From the NCBI RefSeq assembly GCF_009834535.1, contig NC_045697.1:45882001-45946000 (forward strand): DNA of 64,000 nucleotides. Reading direction: 5' to 3'. Numbering within the stretch: position 1 is the first letter of the stretch; each line of letters opens with the position of its first letter. The position numbers and the translations under genes are program-made. Origin of the DNA: Camelus ferus. Its lineage: Eukaryota. Under the pieces are notes generated by a model. It worked only from the letters and a program-made list of their open reading frames with translations. It ran no database searches and was not told the origin of the DNA. Positions 48,581 to 62,043 of the stretch are shown here, one piece after another.

Positions 48581-50673
48581 TGCCTATGGGTAGCCAGTTG
48601 CTCCAACACCAGTTGTTGAAAAGGCTATCTTTACTTCACTGAATTTTTTTGCATCTTCATAAAAAATCAATTGAGCATATTTGTGTGCATCTTTTTCTGG
48701 GTTCTCTATTCTGATCATTGTGCCCCTCTACCAATACTGTACTGTCCTTATGACTCTGTCTACACAGTAAACCTTAATCAGGTAGAGTGATTCCTCTCAC
48801 TTTATTCTTTGCCAATTGTTTCAACTATTCTAGCTACTGTACCTCACATATCAATTTTAGAATAAGCTTGTTGACATCTACAAAAAAACCTTGATGAAAG
48901 TTTCATAGGAATTTCATTACACTTGTAGATCAGTTGGGGGGAACTAACACCTTTATTATGTTGATCCTCCCATTCCACTAACACAGTTGTGTCTTTTCAT
49001 TTGTTTAAATCTTTGATTTCTTCCATACCATTAAAAAAATTCCCAGCATACAGATCCTTAACATGTTTTGTTCAATGTATTCTATGTCTACCTTACTAAG
49101 AGTTTTATTTTAAAAAGATGTTGGATTTTTTTCAAATACTTTCTTTGTGTCACCTCACATGATGATACGATTTTTTTTCTTTAGGTTATTGATACGGTAC
49201 ATTACACTGGTTGATTCTGAATGCTGAACAAGCCTTGCACACCAGGAATAAATTCCACTAGATTGTGGCATATAATTCTTTTTATACATTGTTGGGTTCA
49301 GTTTGCTCATATTTTGTTGAGAAATTTTGAGTCTAAATTTAAGAGAGATACTTTTCCTTATGTAGTCTTTATTTGCATTATTACCTTTTTCTGGCTTTGG
49401 CATCAGGATAATACTGGATTCCTAAAGTAAGTTGGGAAGTGCTCCTACCTCATTTATTTTCTGAAAGAGACTGGGCAAAGTTAAATGTTATTACTTTTCA
49501 AAGTGCTTATTAGAATTCTCTAGTGAAATTATCTAGATCTGGAGATTTATTCTTCAATAGCTTTTAAATTATGAATTAATTTTTTTAATTATTAAAGATC
49601 TATTCAGATTATCTGCTTCATCTTGGTTGAAATTTGATAGTTTACAGGTTTTAAGGAATTGGTCCATTTCTTCTACATTGGCAAATATATTAAAGTTGTT
49701 CATACTATTCATATATTAATTTCTAATGGTTGTAGAATTTGTCACAACATCCCCTATTTCTGGTATTCGCTATTTGTGTCTTATTTGTTTCATTTTTGTT
49801 AGTCTTATTAGAAGTTTATTTATTTTATGGATTTTTTTGTTTCAACTGATTTTCTCTATTGTTTTCCTACTTTACTGTTTCATTGTTTCTGCTCTTATCT
49901 TTAATGACCTTTATGATTTCCTTCTTTTTGCCTTGGATTTCCTGGCTTTGGGTTTACCTGGCTCTTCTTTTTCTACTTTCTGAGCTAAGAATTTAGTTTA
50001 TTTCAGGCTTTACCTCATTTGCAATGGAAGCAATAAATTATAAATAATTTATGAATTTATAAATTATAAATTTCCCTCTAAGCAACACTTCAGTTGCAGA
50101 CCATTTATTTTTATGTTGTATTTTCATTTTCATTCAGTCCTATGTATTTCTTTCTATTTCCTTTTAGTCTTTCTCTTTGATCCATGGATTATTTAAAGGT
50201 GTAGTTTAATTTCCACATGTTTAGAGATATTTCTGTTATCTTTCTGTTACTGATTTCTAGTTTCATTACATTATGGTCAGAGAACGCTCTATGTATGAAT
50301 TCAGTTTCTTTGAATTTGTTGAGGTTTGTTTTATCATCTAGGAATTGTTCCATTCTGTTAAGTGTTCCAGGGGTATTTGAAAAGACTGTGTTCTTTTTTT
50401 CATTGGGTGGAGACTTCTATATATGTCAGTTAGGTGCTGTTGGTTTGAGTGTGCTGTTCAGATCGTTTTTATACTTGCTGATTCTGGGTAGTAGTTCTAT
50501 CTGATGCTAGGGGGGTGGTGTTAAAGTCTCCCACAATAATTGTAGATTTGTCTACTTCTCCTTTCATCTCTATCAGCTTCTGTTTCTTAAATTCTAAATC
50601 TTTACTGTTTGGTTGGTAAACATTTAGGATCATTCTGTCTTTCTTGTTGATTCATCCTTTTATCAATGTTATT

Positions 50674-50719
50674 TGCTTCTAGTAATTTTCTTATCCCTGC
50701 TTCTAGTAATTTTCTTATC
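50674..50719 (+). repeat. Tandem duplication, 22-bp identical units, period 24
   Basis: tgcttctagtaattttcttatc cc tgcttctagtaattttcttatc. Confidence 0.9.
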
Positions 50720-51807
50720 AGATATTAAAATAGTCACTCCTGCATTTTTTGAATTAATGTTTTCATGTATAACTTTTTCTCTTTTACTTTTAGCCTAACT
50801 ATGTCATTGAATTTGAAGAGAATTTCTTGTAAAGAGCATATGGTTGTGTTATATTTTTTAATTCATTCAGTCAATTTGTCTTTGATTGGTATATTTTGAT
50901 TGGCATCATTGAGGAAATTATCAATGCCCTAGAACTTAAGTCTGCCATTTTATCATTATCCTTTTCTATTTCTTTCCCCTGGAACTCATTCTTCTGTTTC
51001 TCTTTCCTTGCCTTCCTGTGGGTTAACTGAATATGTTTTTAGGATTCCAGTTTATAGTGTTTTTGAGTGTTATTCCTTTGTGTAGTTTCTGTAGTGTTGC
51101 TCAGAGAATTATATTATCCACATATGACTTATAACTCACTGATATCAATATTTTTACCATTCCTATTTAAGTATGGATACCTCATTTCCATTTAAGTCCC
51201 TTACCTTCCTCATTTTTAAATATCATTGTCTTGTGTATCAGATAGTTACATCTGATTATCTGTAATTTTTTAATGATTATCAAAATAAGAATTACAAAGC
51301 TCATGAGGAATAGAATAGCACATTATATGTAACCACACTTCTGACCTTTCATTGTTTCTTTTCTTCTTGCTTCTTGAACCGCCAAGAGTTTTTCTTTTAT
51401 CATTTCCTTTCTGGATATTCTCTAAGGCTCCTCTCATTCTAATATTCTATTAAAACCTTTCCAAAGAATCTGAGTTTAAAATAGGCACTCAAAGAAATAG
51501 ACATTTTTAAAAGTCTGAGAGAGGAGACAGAGATGGTCTAGAGCTGAGGAAAGACCACTGCAAAGACCATGTCAGGAAGCTAGAGAGAAGTGTGTTATCT
51601 ATGAAGGAAGATTAATGAAGCAAAATTTATACCCTCCACAATTACATCTTGGACAGTACGAAACTGAAAGAGATTTACCACTCAAATAAACCATCCTAGA
51701 AAGGCCTCTCATTCAAACATTATAAAACACCTACAGTGTGCCAAGAACTGTGCAAGGTGGCAGAGATGTAGAGACGAGTGACAAAAGGTCTCGGTCCTAA
51801 TTCATGA

Positions 51808-52181
51808 TTGGCTTAGACAGGAGTACCTAGCAGCAGAGCTTGACATAGGGATTCAGGTACTTCTGCACCGTTGAGGGAATGCTCCGAGGAGAAAAGCAGT
51901 GAGGGAAGCAGGGTAAGTCAGAGGATAAGGAAGGCAAGGACATGGGCTCAGCTAAAGTTTACTTTCGCTGATCCTAATGGAGACCACAAGGAATTCTGCA
52001 ATACCAGTGGCACCACAGAGCAGTCCCACCTAAGGCAGAGGACGTTTTGCATCTCTGTAACAGCACAATTCTCTGGAAGAGGCTAGTTCAAGGCCATTAA
52101 CAGCCAGCACTCCCTGCAACTAGGAATGGGTAAACTGGCTGGTAAAAGAGATCTGGGTGGGTACCAACAGCATCCACTACA
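51808..52181 (-). mobile_element. ERVL LTR, LTR33/LTR16-like
   Basis: Reverse complement begins tgtagtggatgctgttggtacccacccagatctcttttaccagcc...gggagtgctggctgttaatggcc. Confidence 0.8.
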
Positions 52182-52309
52182 ACTGTCTGGGAAAGAAAGC
52201 AGATCACAATTAAATTATAGTGTAATTTGGTATCATAGTTCTGACAGGTACAAAAAAAGTATAAGAACAAAGAGAAGGAATGAATAAATTCTGTCTGGAG
52301 CAGCTGGAG

Positions 52310-52481
52310 AAGGCTCACCACATAATCTGTGGGGCCCAGTGGAAAATGAAATGTGGGGCACCTTGTTCAAAATTATTAATCATTTCAAACTGATGACAGA
52401 GCATTAAACCAAGCCTGGAGCCCTTCTAAATGTGGGACTCTGTACAACTGCACAGCTCACTCTCCCATGAACTTGGCTCTG
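52310..52481 (-). mobile_element. MER45A (hAT-Tip100)
   Basis: cataatctgtggggcccagtggaaaatgaaatgtggggcaccttgttcaaaattattaa...gcattaaaccaagc...cccatgaacttggctctg. Confidence 0.85.
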
Positions 52482-55400
52482 AAGGTGAAGAGTCTGTGAA
52501 CGATAAGGAACCAACAGGATTTTGAAGTAGATGAGTTATAAGCTCCAATTGTATTTTTAAAAGCAGTTTCTGGAAGCAGAACAGAGGATGATCAAGGAAT
52601 CAGTTGTGTGATAAATCCATGTTCTTTTCAGGTAACTTCATCATGACTCATCTCAATGAAATAAAATGTATGGTGATTTTCTGTTGCTGACTAGTTAATA
52701 CTAACATCTGTAATAGTCACTTCTATGTGAAGAAATAACAATTATATATTCCCAATGTATAATGTTCTTCAAATTATTTATGACCTGACAATTTCTGCTG
52801 CTAGTTACTACTTTTTTCCCAGAAATCAGCAACTTTATAAGATCACGATATAAAATTCCAATATTCACACTTAAAGGTCAAGATTGAAGACCTGACTACA
52901 AAAAATTACTATGAGTGTACACTACAATGTATTTTTGACTAAAAGCCACACATGAAGATAACAAAAGATTCTGATATTTATTTAACTCTCATTCTGTTTT
53001 AAGAAAAAGCCTACTTCATGTAAAAGCAAATGCATCTTAAAACTTTGTTTCCTCTATATGCAGAGCACTATTGTCAATACACTCAAATTTAACTCCCCCT
53101 CCTCTACTCAAGCTTGTTCTAAAATGCTTTCACACAAATTCAAGATTTAATTCATAATCTTGTATACTTTAGCATGCTATACAATAATAAAAATAAAGGG
53201 TACCATGCTGTTCCTTTTTATAAGGTATTAAACTAAAATTACATAATTTCACATATTTAGAGTATATGAGCAAATACGTTTAAGTTACATCAGCCATACT
53301 TAGGCATGTAATTCCAACTACACCACATCCTATGGTTTAAACATCTTCCTTCATTAGTCACCAAGAACAGCATGGAAACATCTTGGGTCAGGAAGTTATC
53401 TTCAGAATTTGTATTCAAGAAAGACTAAACTTCTAGAGCTGACCTCCAGCTCTAGAAGTCTGTGGTTCTCAGTCTAGAAAGTACTCTCAACCGTTTCCCA
53501 TATTTCTCTGTTGGCAACTTGTCATTTGGCCTGTTCTGGTGTCCGGAGAGCTGTGTTCCAGAGAAAATCTATAAACATTAAGGGGAGAAGGCAATTGACC
53601 ATGAACTTGGGAATTACTCAGCATTGGATCTGGAAGCCTGAAAATCTCTTAGTGTGGCTTTTATCTACTGACTTTTAGGCACAAAAGACAGGAACATTTT
53701 TACCCATGGTGATTTTGTATATAGGATGAAGAGTATCTGGATTCTCCTGTTGTATAGATCTCAAATATTCCCAAGGTCAGGGCAATCCCTATTCTACAAA
53801 CCCTACAAAATGCTCCAATCAGAGCTATATAAAGTGCTCCATAAGCCAGCCAAGTGGCCCCTGAGTAGCTAAGGAAACAATTCTCAGCTCTCATCATATG
53901 ACTGTGGCTGTCTATTGAGTCAAGGATACATCTTAGTTAAAATTTTCAATATGTTTCAAAAAAGAAATGTGTAAAGTAGGTATGAAGCTATATCTATATA
54001 TTCAGTTGTGAGGAAAAACCAAGAAAAGCAAAAAACAAAAATCCACAAAGACCCTTTATTTTTCTATAACAATTTAATTTCTAAACTCACCCAAACTCCA
54101 GCTATTTTTGCTTAGGACTGAGTCTACATGCCAATAGTCTTACATAGTGTTAAAACACAGGGTTGGGGGTGTTCCTTGGTAACATCTGTCCACGCTCACA
54201 CCCTCGGAATCTTACCTCATCTGTGGTCTGGTCCTTGGATGTTAGTCTACTGAGGTTACAATTCTGTCAAGCCCAATTCTCATCCATAAGATCTTGTCCA
54301 GAAACTCTCTGCTATTTTCATGACCCTCTTGGGTGCCTGAGTATTTTTAGTCACTGCAGAGCATGGTGGTCCATGGGAGAGTTATGGGTAAAGCTCAGGC
54401 CAGTCTGCTTAGAGGTGTTATGTAGCCATCTCTGCCTGGGGGGCTAGTCCTCCCTCCCCAGGTCCTAGGCCTACCTAAGGGTAAGGTCTAGGTCTCCTCT
54501 GCTCTGGCATCTCCACTGAGACCTCTGCTGATCCTCACCTGCGGCTTAACTATTAGAGAGAGGCAGTCAGAGTACACGGCTCCTTTCTCAGGGACTCCCC
54601 CAGACTGAGTCAAAGCCTATATCAATTCTCCTTTGAGTTTCTGCCTAGCCCCATTCTTATACCCTCCTGGAGCAAAACATTCTCTTGCTTTTCCCTTTTT
54701 TCTCAGCATTTTTCCCTTCTCTGGAGAAATAAACATTTCCCTAGCACACTGAATAGGGGAGGGACCAAGATCTACCCAAAATCTGGGAAACAAAAGCAGA
54801 ACATTCTTTAAAACACTATCAGCTACAAATGATTTCATGTAATGTTTACAGGTGGCTCAGCCAATCTGATTCACTGTTATTTATGCACAGTTTTAACAAA
54901 GGATGGTTGAGCCTGAAATAACTCTCAAAATGGATATAACTTGCATATAATACTTTTTAAAACAATTACACTTAGGTTATTTTTTCATGTGTATTATATA
55001 ATTAATTAGAATTAAAGTCTGAAATGACATTTTCTGTAACAATGAGAAATGATACTCTACTTGTACATATTTTTCAGATAGCCAAACATTTACATACCAT
55101 GTTTATTTTAGCAATTTTATGAAGGTCTTCTAACAAATATCCTATATTTTTACTCTTTCTTAACTAAGGAATAAGACTAAATATGAAGACGCCTTCTAAA
55201 TTTTTTTCCATATACTCATGTTGCTTCAAAATTTTTTTTAAGTCTTGATAATTTATTATCAAGTTTAATCTCTGAACAATACATATGGTGCTGACTGCAG
55301 GACTGACATTCCTATTCCAGGCCATCTAAGTTCCAACAAATTTATGCAATGTGTAGTGGTCTATTTGGAGACATTATGAGACTTTTAAAATATATGAAAA

Positions 55401-56014
55401 TGTGAAACAACTGAACTTTGTTAAAATGATATTGCATTGCATATGGTGTCCAGAATAAAATGAAAATTAATTTTTACTTTGTTTTAAACTTTACCATATG
55501 TAAAGTCAACATTTGGTTTTCATCATTATACCTAAGTTCTATATGAAGTCAGTTAGTTCTTAAAAAGTATTATAAGAAGTTAGATTCATCTAAAGCAACT
55601 TACTTGACCTCTTTCTCCCAAAGAGGAGCAAGATATTAAATACAGATCATAACACAAAGATTATTTAAAACACTGAACTTGTATTTTATCTAGGATTTCA
55701 ATCTGATAGTAGGCAACCAATCAACACAATTCCCGAAGATAGAAAACATGGTCTGAAAATTTATTAAAGCATAATGAGAATATCCTTAAAAACATTTACT
55801 AATTAATTGATAGTAGTCAAGTTGTCAAGGTTGCCAACAATATGTTTTAAAATTTAATTCAAAAGGAACTTATGTACTACTGATTTAAGAAGAGGTTTGA
55901 AAGCACCAAACAAATCTTAGCTTACAATAAAGATAATCCTCAAGAAAATATTACACCTATGACAAATATTTCTGTGATACTGGTAGGATCCCAATAGAGA
56001 ATATATATGTGGTT

Positions 56015-59000
56015 CACTTATTCAACAAGTAATTATTTGGATACCTATTATGATGCAAGTACTGAAAGCATATGGTAAACACTTTGCCTCTGCCCTCCAT
56101 GGTGGCACATGTGAAAACAGGCAGGGTGATAAGGAGCAAAAATATGGCTTGGCATAGGATGCAATGACTGCAGGTGAGAGGGGCAGCTAATTTACTCTTT
56201 ATATGGGGGCAAGAGGGGAAATAAAGCCTTCCCAAAGGGTGTAAAGTATGAAATAAGACTTGAAGAATGATGAAATTACAGGGTGAAGATGAAAAACATT
56301 TATATTGTGTTTCACTCATTCATTCATTTAATAAGCATTTTTATAAACCAGGCACTGTTCTAGGCACTTGAAAATCAGCAGAGAAAAAATTAGACTAAAA
56401 TCCTTATCCTCCAAGACTAAAATCCTTAACCTCCAGGAACTTACTACATTCTAATGGGGAGATAGACTATGAACACATAAGCAAGTAAATACACATTCAG
56501 TCATACAGTAGGTGGTGGGGTTGGCCTCACTGAGAAGGTGATGTATAAGCAAAGATACAAAGGAGGAAAGGGTATGACCCATGAGAAAGGGTATGATATG
56601 GAGGGAAACTGTTCTAAGCAGTAGGAATAGCAAGAGCAGGGTCCTTAAGGTAGGAGTTTGCATGACATGTTAAGGTCAGTTGCAGTGAAGTAAGTAATGG
56701 GGAGACTAGTGAGAGGTAAGGTCAGAAAGTGAAGAGAAGGCAGTTTGGGCAGGGCTTTGTAAGACATTATGTGGACTTTAATTTGTATAGTGAAGGAAAA
56801 AGGTATGTACTGAAAGTGTTGGGTAGAGAACTAAACTGATCTAACTGAATATGATCAGTCTGGCTGCTGAGTTGAGAAAAGAAAATGGTAGGGGGAGCAA
56901 GAAGGGCACAGAATCAGGCAGACCACTTAAGAAGTTATTATATGGTGTATAGTATTCCAGGCTAGAAATGGTGGTGTGTAGACCAGAAAGGTAATAGTGA
57001 AGGCAGTGAGTAACGATTCAACTCTGGATATATTTTAGAGGTAGATCTTATATGATTTGCTCACAGATTTGATTTGGGGTAAGATAGGAAGAGAAGGATC
57101 AAGGTAACTCAAACATTTTTTGGTCTGAGCAACTGGAAGGATGGATTTTCCACTTCCTTATATGGGAAAGCCTGTGGGAGAAGAAACTTTGGAAATGGAG
57201 TGGAAGGTCAGAAGTTCAGTTTTGGACATGATGAATTTGAGTTGCCTAGTAGATATCTAAGTAGAGATGTCCAGTAGGCATTTGAATAAAAAAGTCTGCA
57301 GTTTAGGGGAGAATTCTAAGCTAAAGGTATAAATTTGGAGATAACGACATGTAGTTGGATATGAGGGTCAAGATCTTAGCTCTAGAGTACGTAAGCAGTT
57401 ATAAATATGGGATATTAAAAGTAACCAGTCAGTGAGACTGAAGAGGAATGACCAAAGAGGTAGGAGGGAAATTAGAGGAATATGTTTTCCTGAAAAAGCC
57501 TTAGAAACAAAGTAGAGATGCTGTCTCAAGAAGAATAAAGTGACTGTCTCAGACCAGGACTGATGATCAGCCATTGGGAAAAACAACATGGAGACAGATC
57601 AATGGTGACCTGAGCAAGAGCAGATTCAGTGGAGAAGTGGGGATGGAAGGATACCTAATTAGAATGGCTTCAAGAAGAAAGGCATTGCAACTTTATGATA
57701 TCAAACATTGGTGTGTGTTTCTAGTCATAGCATCCTGCAGTAAGAGCATACAAGGGAGCATTGCAATTAACTACTTTTCTTGCTAGTGAATATAGCCAAC
57801 TCCAAGGTAAAATGGTAATTATCATGTCACAAAGTTAGCTACAAAATGCCTCATGATTTTTTTTTAAAGTGAAATGCCACACAAAATGTATCTTTTCATT
57901 AGGAAATTTAAAAGGGAGACTTTATTTAATAGCCATGTTTTTAAGATTATAGAAAGCAAAAAGATTTTAATATATTAAAATAAAAATTATATAAAACTCA
58001 CTAGTTCAGGAAATTATGAAAGAATAAAACAGATCTTATATACTTGTATACTACAAGGTGCTGGTTTATCTAAATACATTTCTTTCTAAAGTGAGAAATA
58101 AAAAGAGAAGACCTGGATGCAGAAAGTATAAATAACTATGTCAAGCAGTTTTGTCATAAAGAGGAACAGAGAAATGATATGCTACCTTGAGTGAAATATG
58201 GACTTACGACAGGGATTTATGAGATGAGAAAAATTACAGTAATTTTTTCCACTGATGCAAATGACTTAATAGTGAGAGGAAGTTCTGTTGAAAGTAGAGA
58301 GGGTGGCTGGAGGGATGTTCTTGACTTGGCAAGAAGGGCCTGGCTCTAGTATATCAGTGAAAAGATGAGCTTTTAATTGAAGCACAGTCAGTTCACTGGT
58401 AAAAACAGGAGTAAAGTCAAAGTACATGGATACAAATGAGTTGCTGCAGTGGTAGTAGCTTTTAAAATTTTTACTTTGTGTTATTTCACTTAGATGGGAA
58501 TAAAGGCCATCAGCTGAGAATGAGGACAGTGAGGGGGGAGGTGGGAATTTTTTGAACAAATGAAAGAAGGTATAAAAAAAGTTATCTAGGAGAGTAGGGA
58601 AGTAAATGGATTAGGTAAATGTAACAGGATTGCTGGAAGCACTAACAAAACATCTGAATTAGTGATCATGAATTTAGAAGTAAATTTCAACACAGCATTT
58701 TTTCTGGACATGTTCACCATCATAGGTATAGGCACATTGTAAGCAGAAAATTGAGTTTTGCCAAGTCTGGGATTTTACCAGGTAAACATGAAAGAGTGAG
58801 ACAGGAGCAAAGGAATAGCAATTGAGTCTACAAGTGAGTGCTTATAGAGGCGGACCATGGAATTTTGAAGGATAACTGGCAATTGAGTACATGAGTGAAA
58901 ATGTGAGAAAATTAGTAGAAGGTAAAAGGACATAAAATAAGGGAATTGTAGGGCCTGGTGAGTTTGAAGAATTTTGGAAATGGTGTCCTTGAGAAAGTGA

Positions 59001-59230
59001 ACTGAAGAGATAAATAGTGGTTGGATAATGGTCTCCTCAAAACTGAGACTATGGATAGGTTGAATTTGCCAACAATGATAAGGTCAAGTTTATAGCACTG
59101 GGATTGAGGGACTGACGTAGACTGAGAGATAACAAAAGTGGAAGAGAGAAGGTCAAGGAATTGATAAACTGGGGTAGTGGAAGATATTGAAATCACCTAG
59201 AAATATTTTATAGGAATTAATATAAACCAC
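56015..59230 (-). mobile_element. Long L2 LINE remnants (two 3' ends; gap ~57690-58090)
   Basis: cacttattcaacaagtaattatt; cactcattcattcatttaataagcattt...ccaggcactgttctaggcact; tggtctgagcaactggaaggatgga; gttcagttttggacatgatgaatttgag; gccatcagctgagaatgagg. Confidence 0.8.
56392..56435 (+). repeat. 22-bp tandem duplication (1 mismatch) inside L2
   Basis: agactaaaatccttatcctcca agactaaaatccttaacctcca. Confidence 0.9.
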
Positions 59231-61747
59231 AACCTTTGACCGAACTATCAAAGTATAGATGATGTCCAGCCCTACTTGTTGAATTAACAGGTAAAATGAA
59301 ATTTTATTATAGAAGAAAACTTGAAATTTAATGATACTCCACCACATAAACTCTAGTCTTACCTCTTCCTAGTTCTTACAGTTTCTTTTTCTCTTTCTCT
59401 GACCCCCTCCGTGTGTATGTATGTGTGTGTGTGAAAGTATTATTCCTTCAGTAAATTTACTTTAGATAGTCAATTGAACTGATTAAAATTGAAAAGATGA
59501 AGAGACTCTGAAGACAATATCTACTTCATAAAAGATAGAATCATTACAAGGTTTATACAGCTAAGTTCTTATTGCAAAAGTCCTTTCCTTATTTTATTAC
59601 ACTGAACAGAAAACAAATCAAAATGTAAAATTGCTTTTATGGAACCATCCATTCCATAGAACTGGTTGTAATCAGAAAAAAACAAAACAAAACTGTATCT
59701 TTCTACCACATGACAGAAAAATAATTGTGTTATACAGAACTATATCACAGAATATCACCATTGCAGAGTTCTTCTCTGTGAAGCAACTTATTGCATGGAT
59801 GATCAATTTATTTGGATACTAATATTAAAAAGCAGAAGTCTGGAAATTTCAGAATATAAGTAAATGAGCAGGAGAAAAATCAAATTCATACTAACTGCCT
59901 TCCCCTAGAGAAATAACACTTTCTCAGTATAATCTAAATATAGGGTTTTTTAATTTTGTTTTTTCCTAGGGTGTAGTAGACATGACATAATTTTTAAGGT
60001 CTCAATTATGTATTATTCTTGTATACCAGCTGAGACCAATTTTAAAAATGTATCTAGCTAGTATAATTAAAGTTATTTTTGTTCTAACTAATCATAGTGT
60101 ATAGTATGAAGACAAAACTGTTATTTTAAAGTGTCACCTGTCTTTATATGGAGATCAGTTGTAATTTATTATTTTTGAATCAAGGAAATACAACATAAAT
60201 CCTCAATAAGTAAAGCTTCTGGAACCTAAGAGTTCATCACAAAAGTTCCTGAGGTTTATTTAGAGTTTGGCATCCCTAATGCGTTTCTGTTGTAAAAGCA
60301 TCAGACTTGTAAAAGCATCACGCTTGTGGAGAAGAAGAGCCAAAATGTAAGCACCCAGACCAGGTAGGAGGCCAAGGTGGTGGTTTTCTATGGAGGAAGT
60401 GATGTGATTGGACCAGAACAGTGGCCGTGAAAATTGACAGATGTCAACGAATTTAAGATCTCTTTCTGAACTGGAATCAATATGATCTGGTGATAGATGA
60501 GGTTTCAATGAAAAGTGAAACTCCCAAAAGAATACTCCTGAAATCCAAGGAAGTAATGCTTCTAAAACTAGTATTATAAAATTAATGCATCACTCTGAAT
60601 GCACCACTTAGAAAAATTGCCTCCATTTTTACATAGGATGTAGTTCTAAAGGCTCCCAAACACATTAACGATATTTTCAAATATGTATTATCAGGACCTA
60701 CCTTAGGAGTAGATGGAGTGGGAAGATCATGTGATGCCCAAAAGAATACCCCTTCTATCACATGGCCCAAGGCTTGTCACTCTGAAATTTCACTATTAGC
60801 AATGCCTTCAGCAATCGACGGCAATAGGATGGCCTGAGTGATACGGACAGCTCCTTTCCCCTACTACCAACATGCAAATACATGTATGTTTACTGTGCAC
60901 ATGAAGAAATAAACCTCCACAAAAGAATGTGAGCAGATATTAGATGCAGGAGAATCAAAATCTCTAGAAATGGAAACAATAGAACAATCTGATACCGAGT
61001 TTTAATGATTAAGAGATGGATTCCATTTAACTTGAAGTAAATTCTGTTCTCAATTAAAATGCAAATAAGCCTGGAAAGCACTGTAGCTTTATCATCTAAA
61101 AATAGAAAATACTGTTAGACAGACCTTTGTTCACAGAATTAGATTAATCACCATGACATGCATGACCAACTTTTCTCTTCTTTTTTTCTTTATTTTATAC
61201 TGAACTTCCCTGAGCTGAACAGCCAACTCTAGAACTAGAACACTGACAATAATTCACACCAATCTATGTGTTATTGTCATGTATCCCATTGCTTTTGAGT
61301 TGCCTATCATATAATTGAGAGTTGGAGTTTATGAGAAGAACAATAGCTACTTGAGATTAAGAATAGAAGACCTTTGGGGAAATAATGCAGAGAAAAAATA
61401 CAAATTTTGTCTACCTCACAATTCAGTCAAGAGTTTCCTGGATACTTTATAACAATACATCAATTAGTATATTGACAACTAATTCAAATAACAGAGAAAT
61501 TAAAGTTTGTTACCCCAATTCTCTGTCCCTATAAAACCATGAACAGATATTAAAACAAAGGTAGTAAAATTTCATGCAATTATTTTCTTAGAAATAGAAA
61601 ACCATAGACTTTCAATAAGCTAGTCTAGCCTTAATGAGATAACCCCTCTGACAAGGACACTAGATCAACTATAGTATTATTATTATCTTTGCATGTACAA
61701 AACCCCACTGATTCCAATAACCATGTAACTATAAAGTTAAGTTTCTC

Positions 61748-62043
61748 CAGACTCACAGACATTGTAAGCAATCATATCGTTATTGGGGGAAAGGGGGCGG
61801 GAAGGGATAAATTGGGAGTTCAAGATTTGCAGATACTAACTACTATATATAAAATAGATAAACAACAGGTTTATACTGTACAGCACAGGGAACCATATTC
61901 AATATCTTGTAGTAACTTATGGTGAAAAAGAATTTGAAAACGAATATATGTATGTTCCTATATGACTTAAGTACTGTGCTGTACATCAGAAATAGACACA
62001 ACATTGTGAACTGTCTATATACTTCAATAAAAATAAAAAAATA
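61748..62043 (+). mobile_element. Young lineage-specific (camelid-like) L1 3'UTR, 11-bp TSD
   Basis: gggataaattgggagttcaagatttgcagatactaactactatatataaaatagataaacaac...cttcaataaaaataaaaaa; TSD ttaagtttctc at 61737-61747 and 62044-62054. Confidence 0.92.

Larger units (their letters stand above)
46710..51420 (-). mobile_element. L1MC1-like LINE: 3'UTR and decayed ORF2 with internal deletions
   Basis: gtagattcacatgcagtaaagagaaataatacagaaagatccc is the L1MC1 3' end in reverse; continuous antisense ORF2 motifs to ~50900. Confidence 0.85.

Noticed and set aside
60523..60753. Direct repeat cccaaaagaatac twice, 214 bp apart
   Set aside because: A single 13-bp match is plausible by chance; there is no third copy, so it is not CRISPR-like, and no element lies between the copies.
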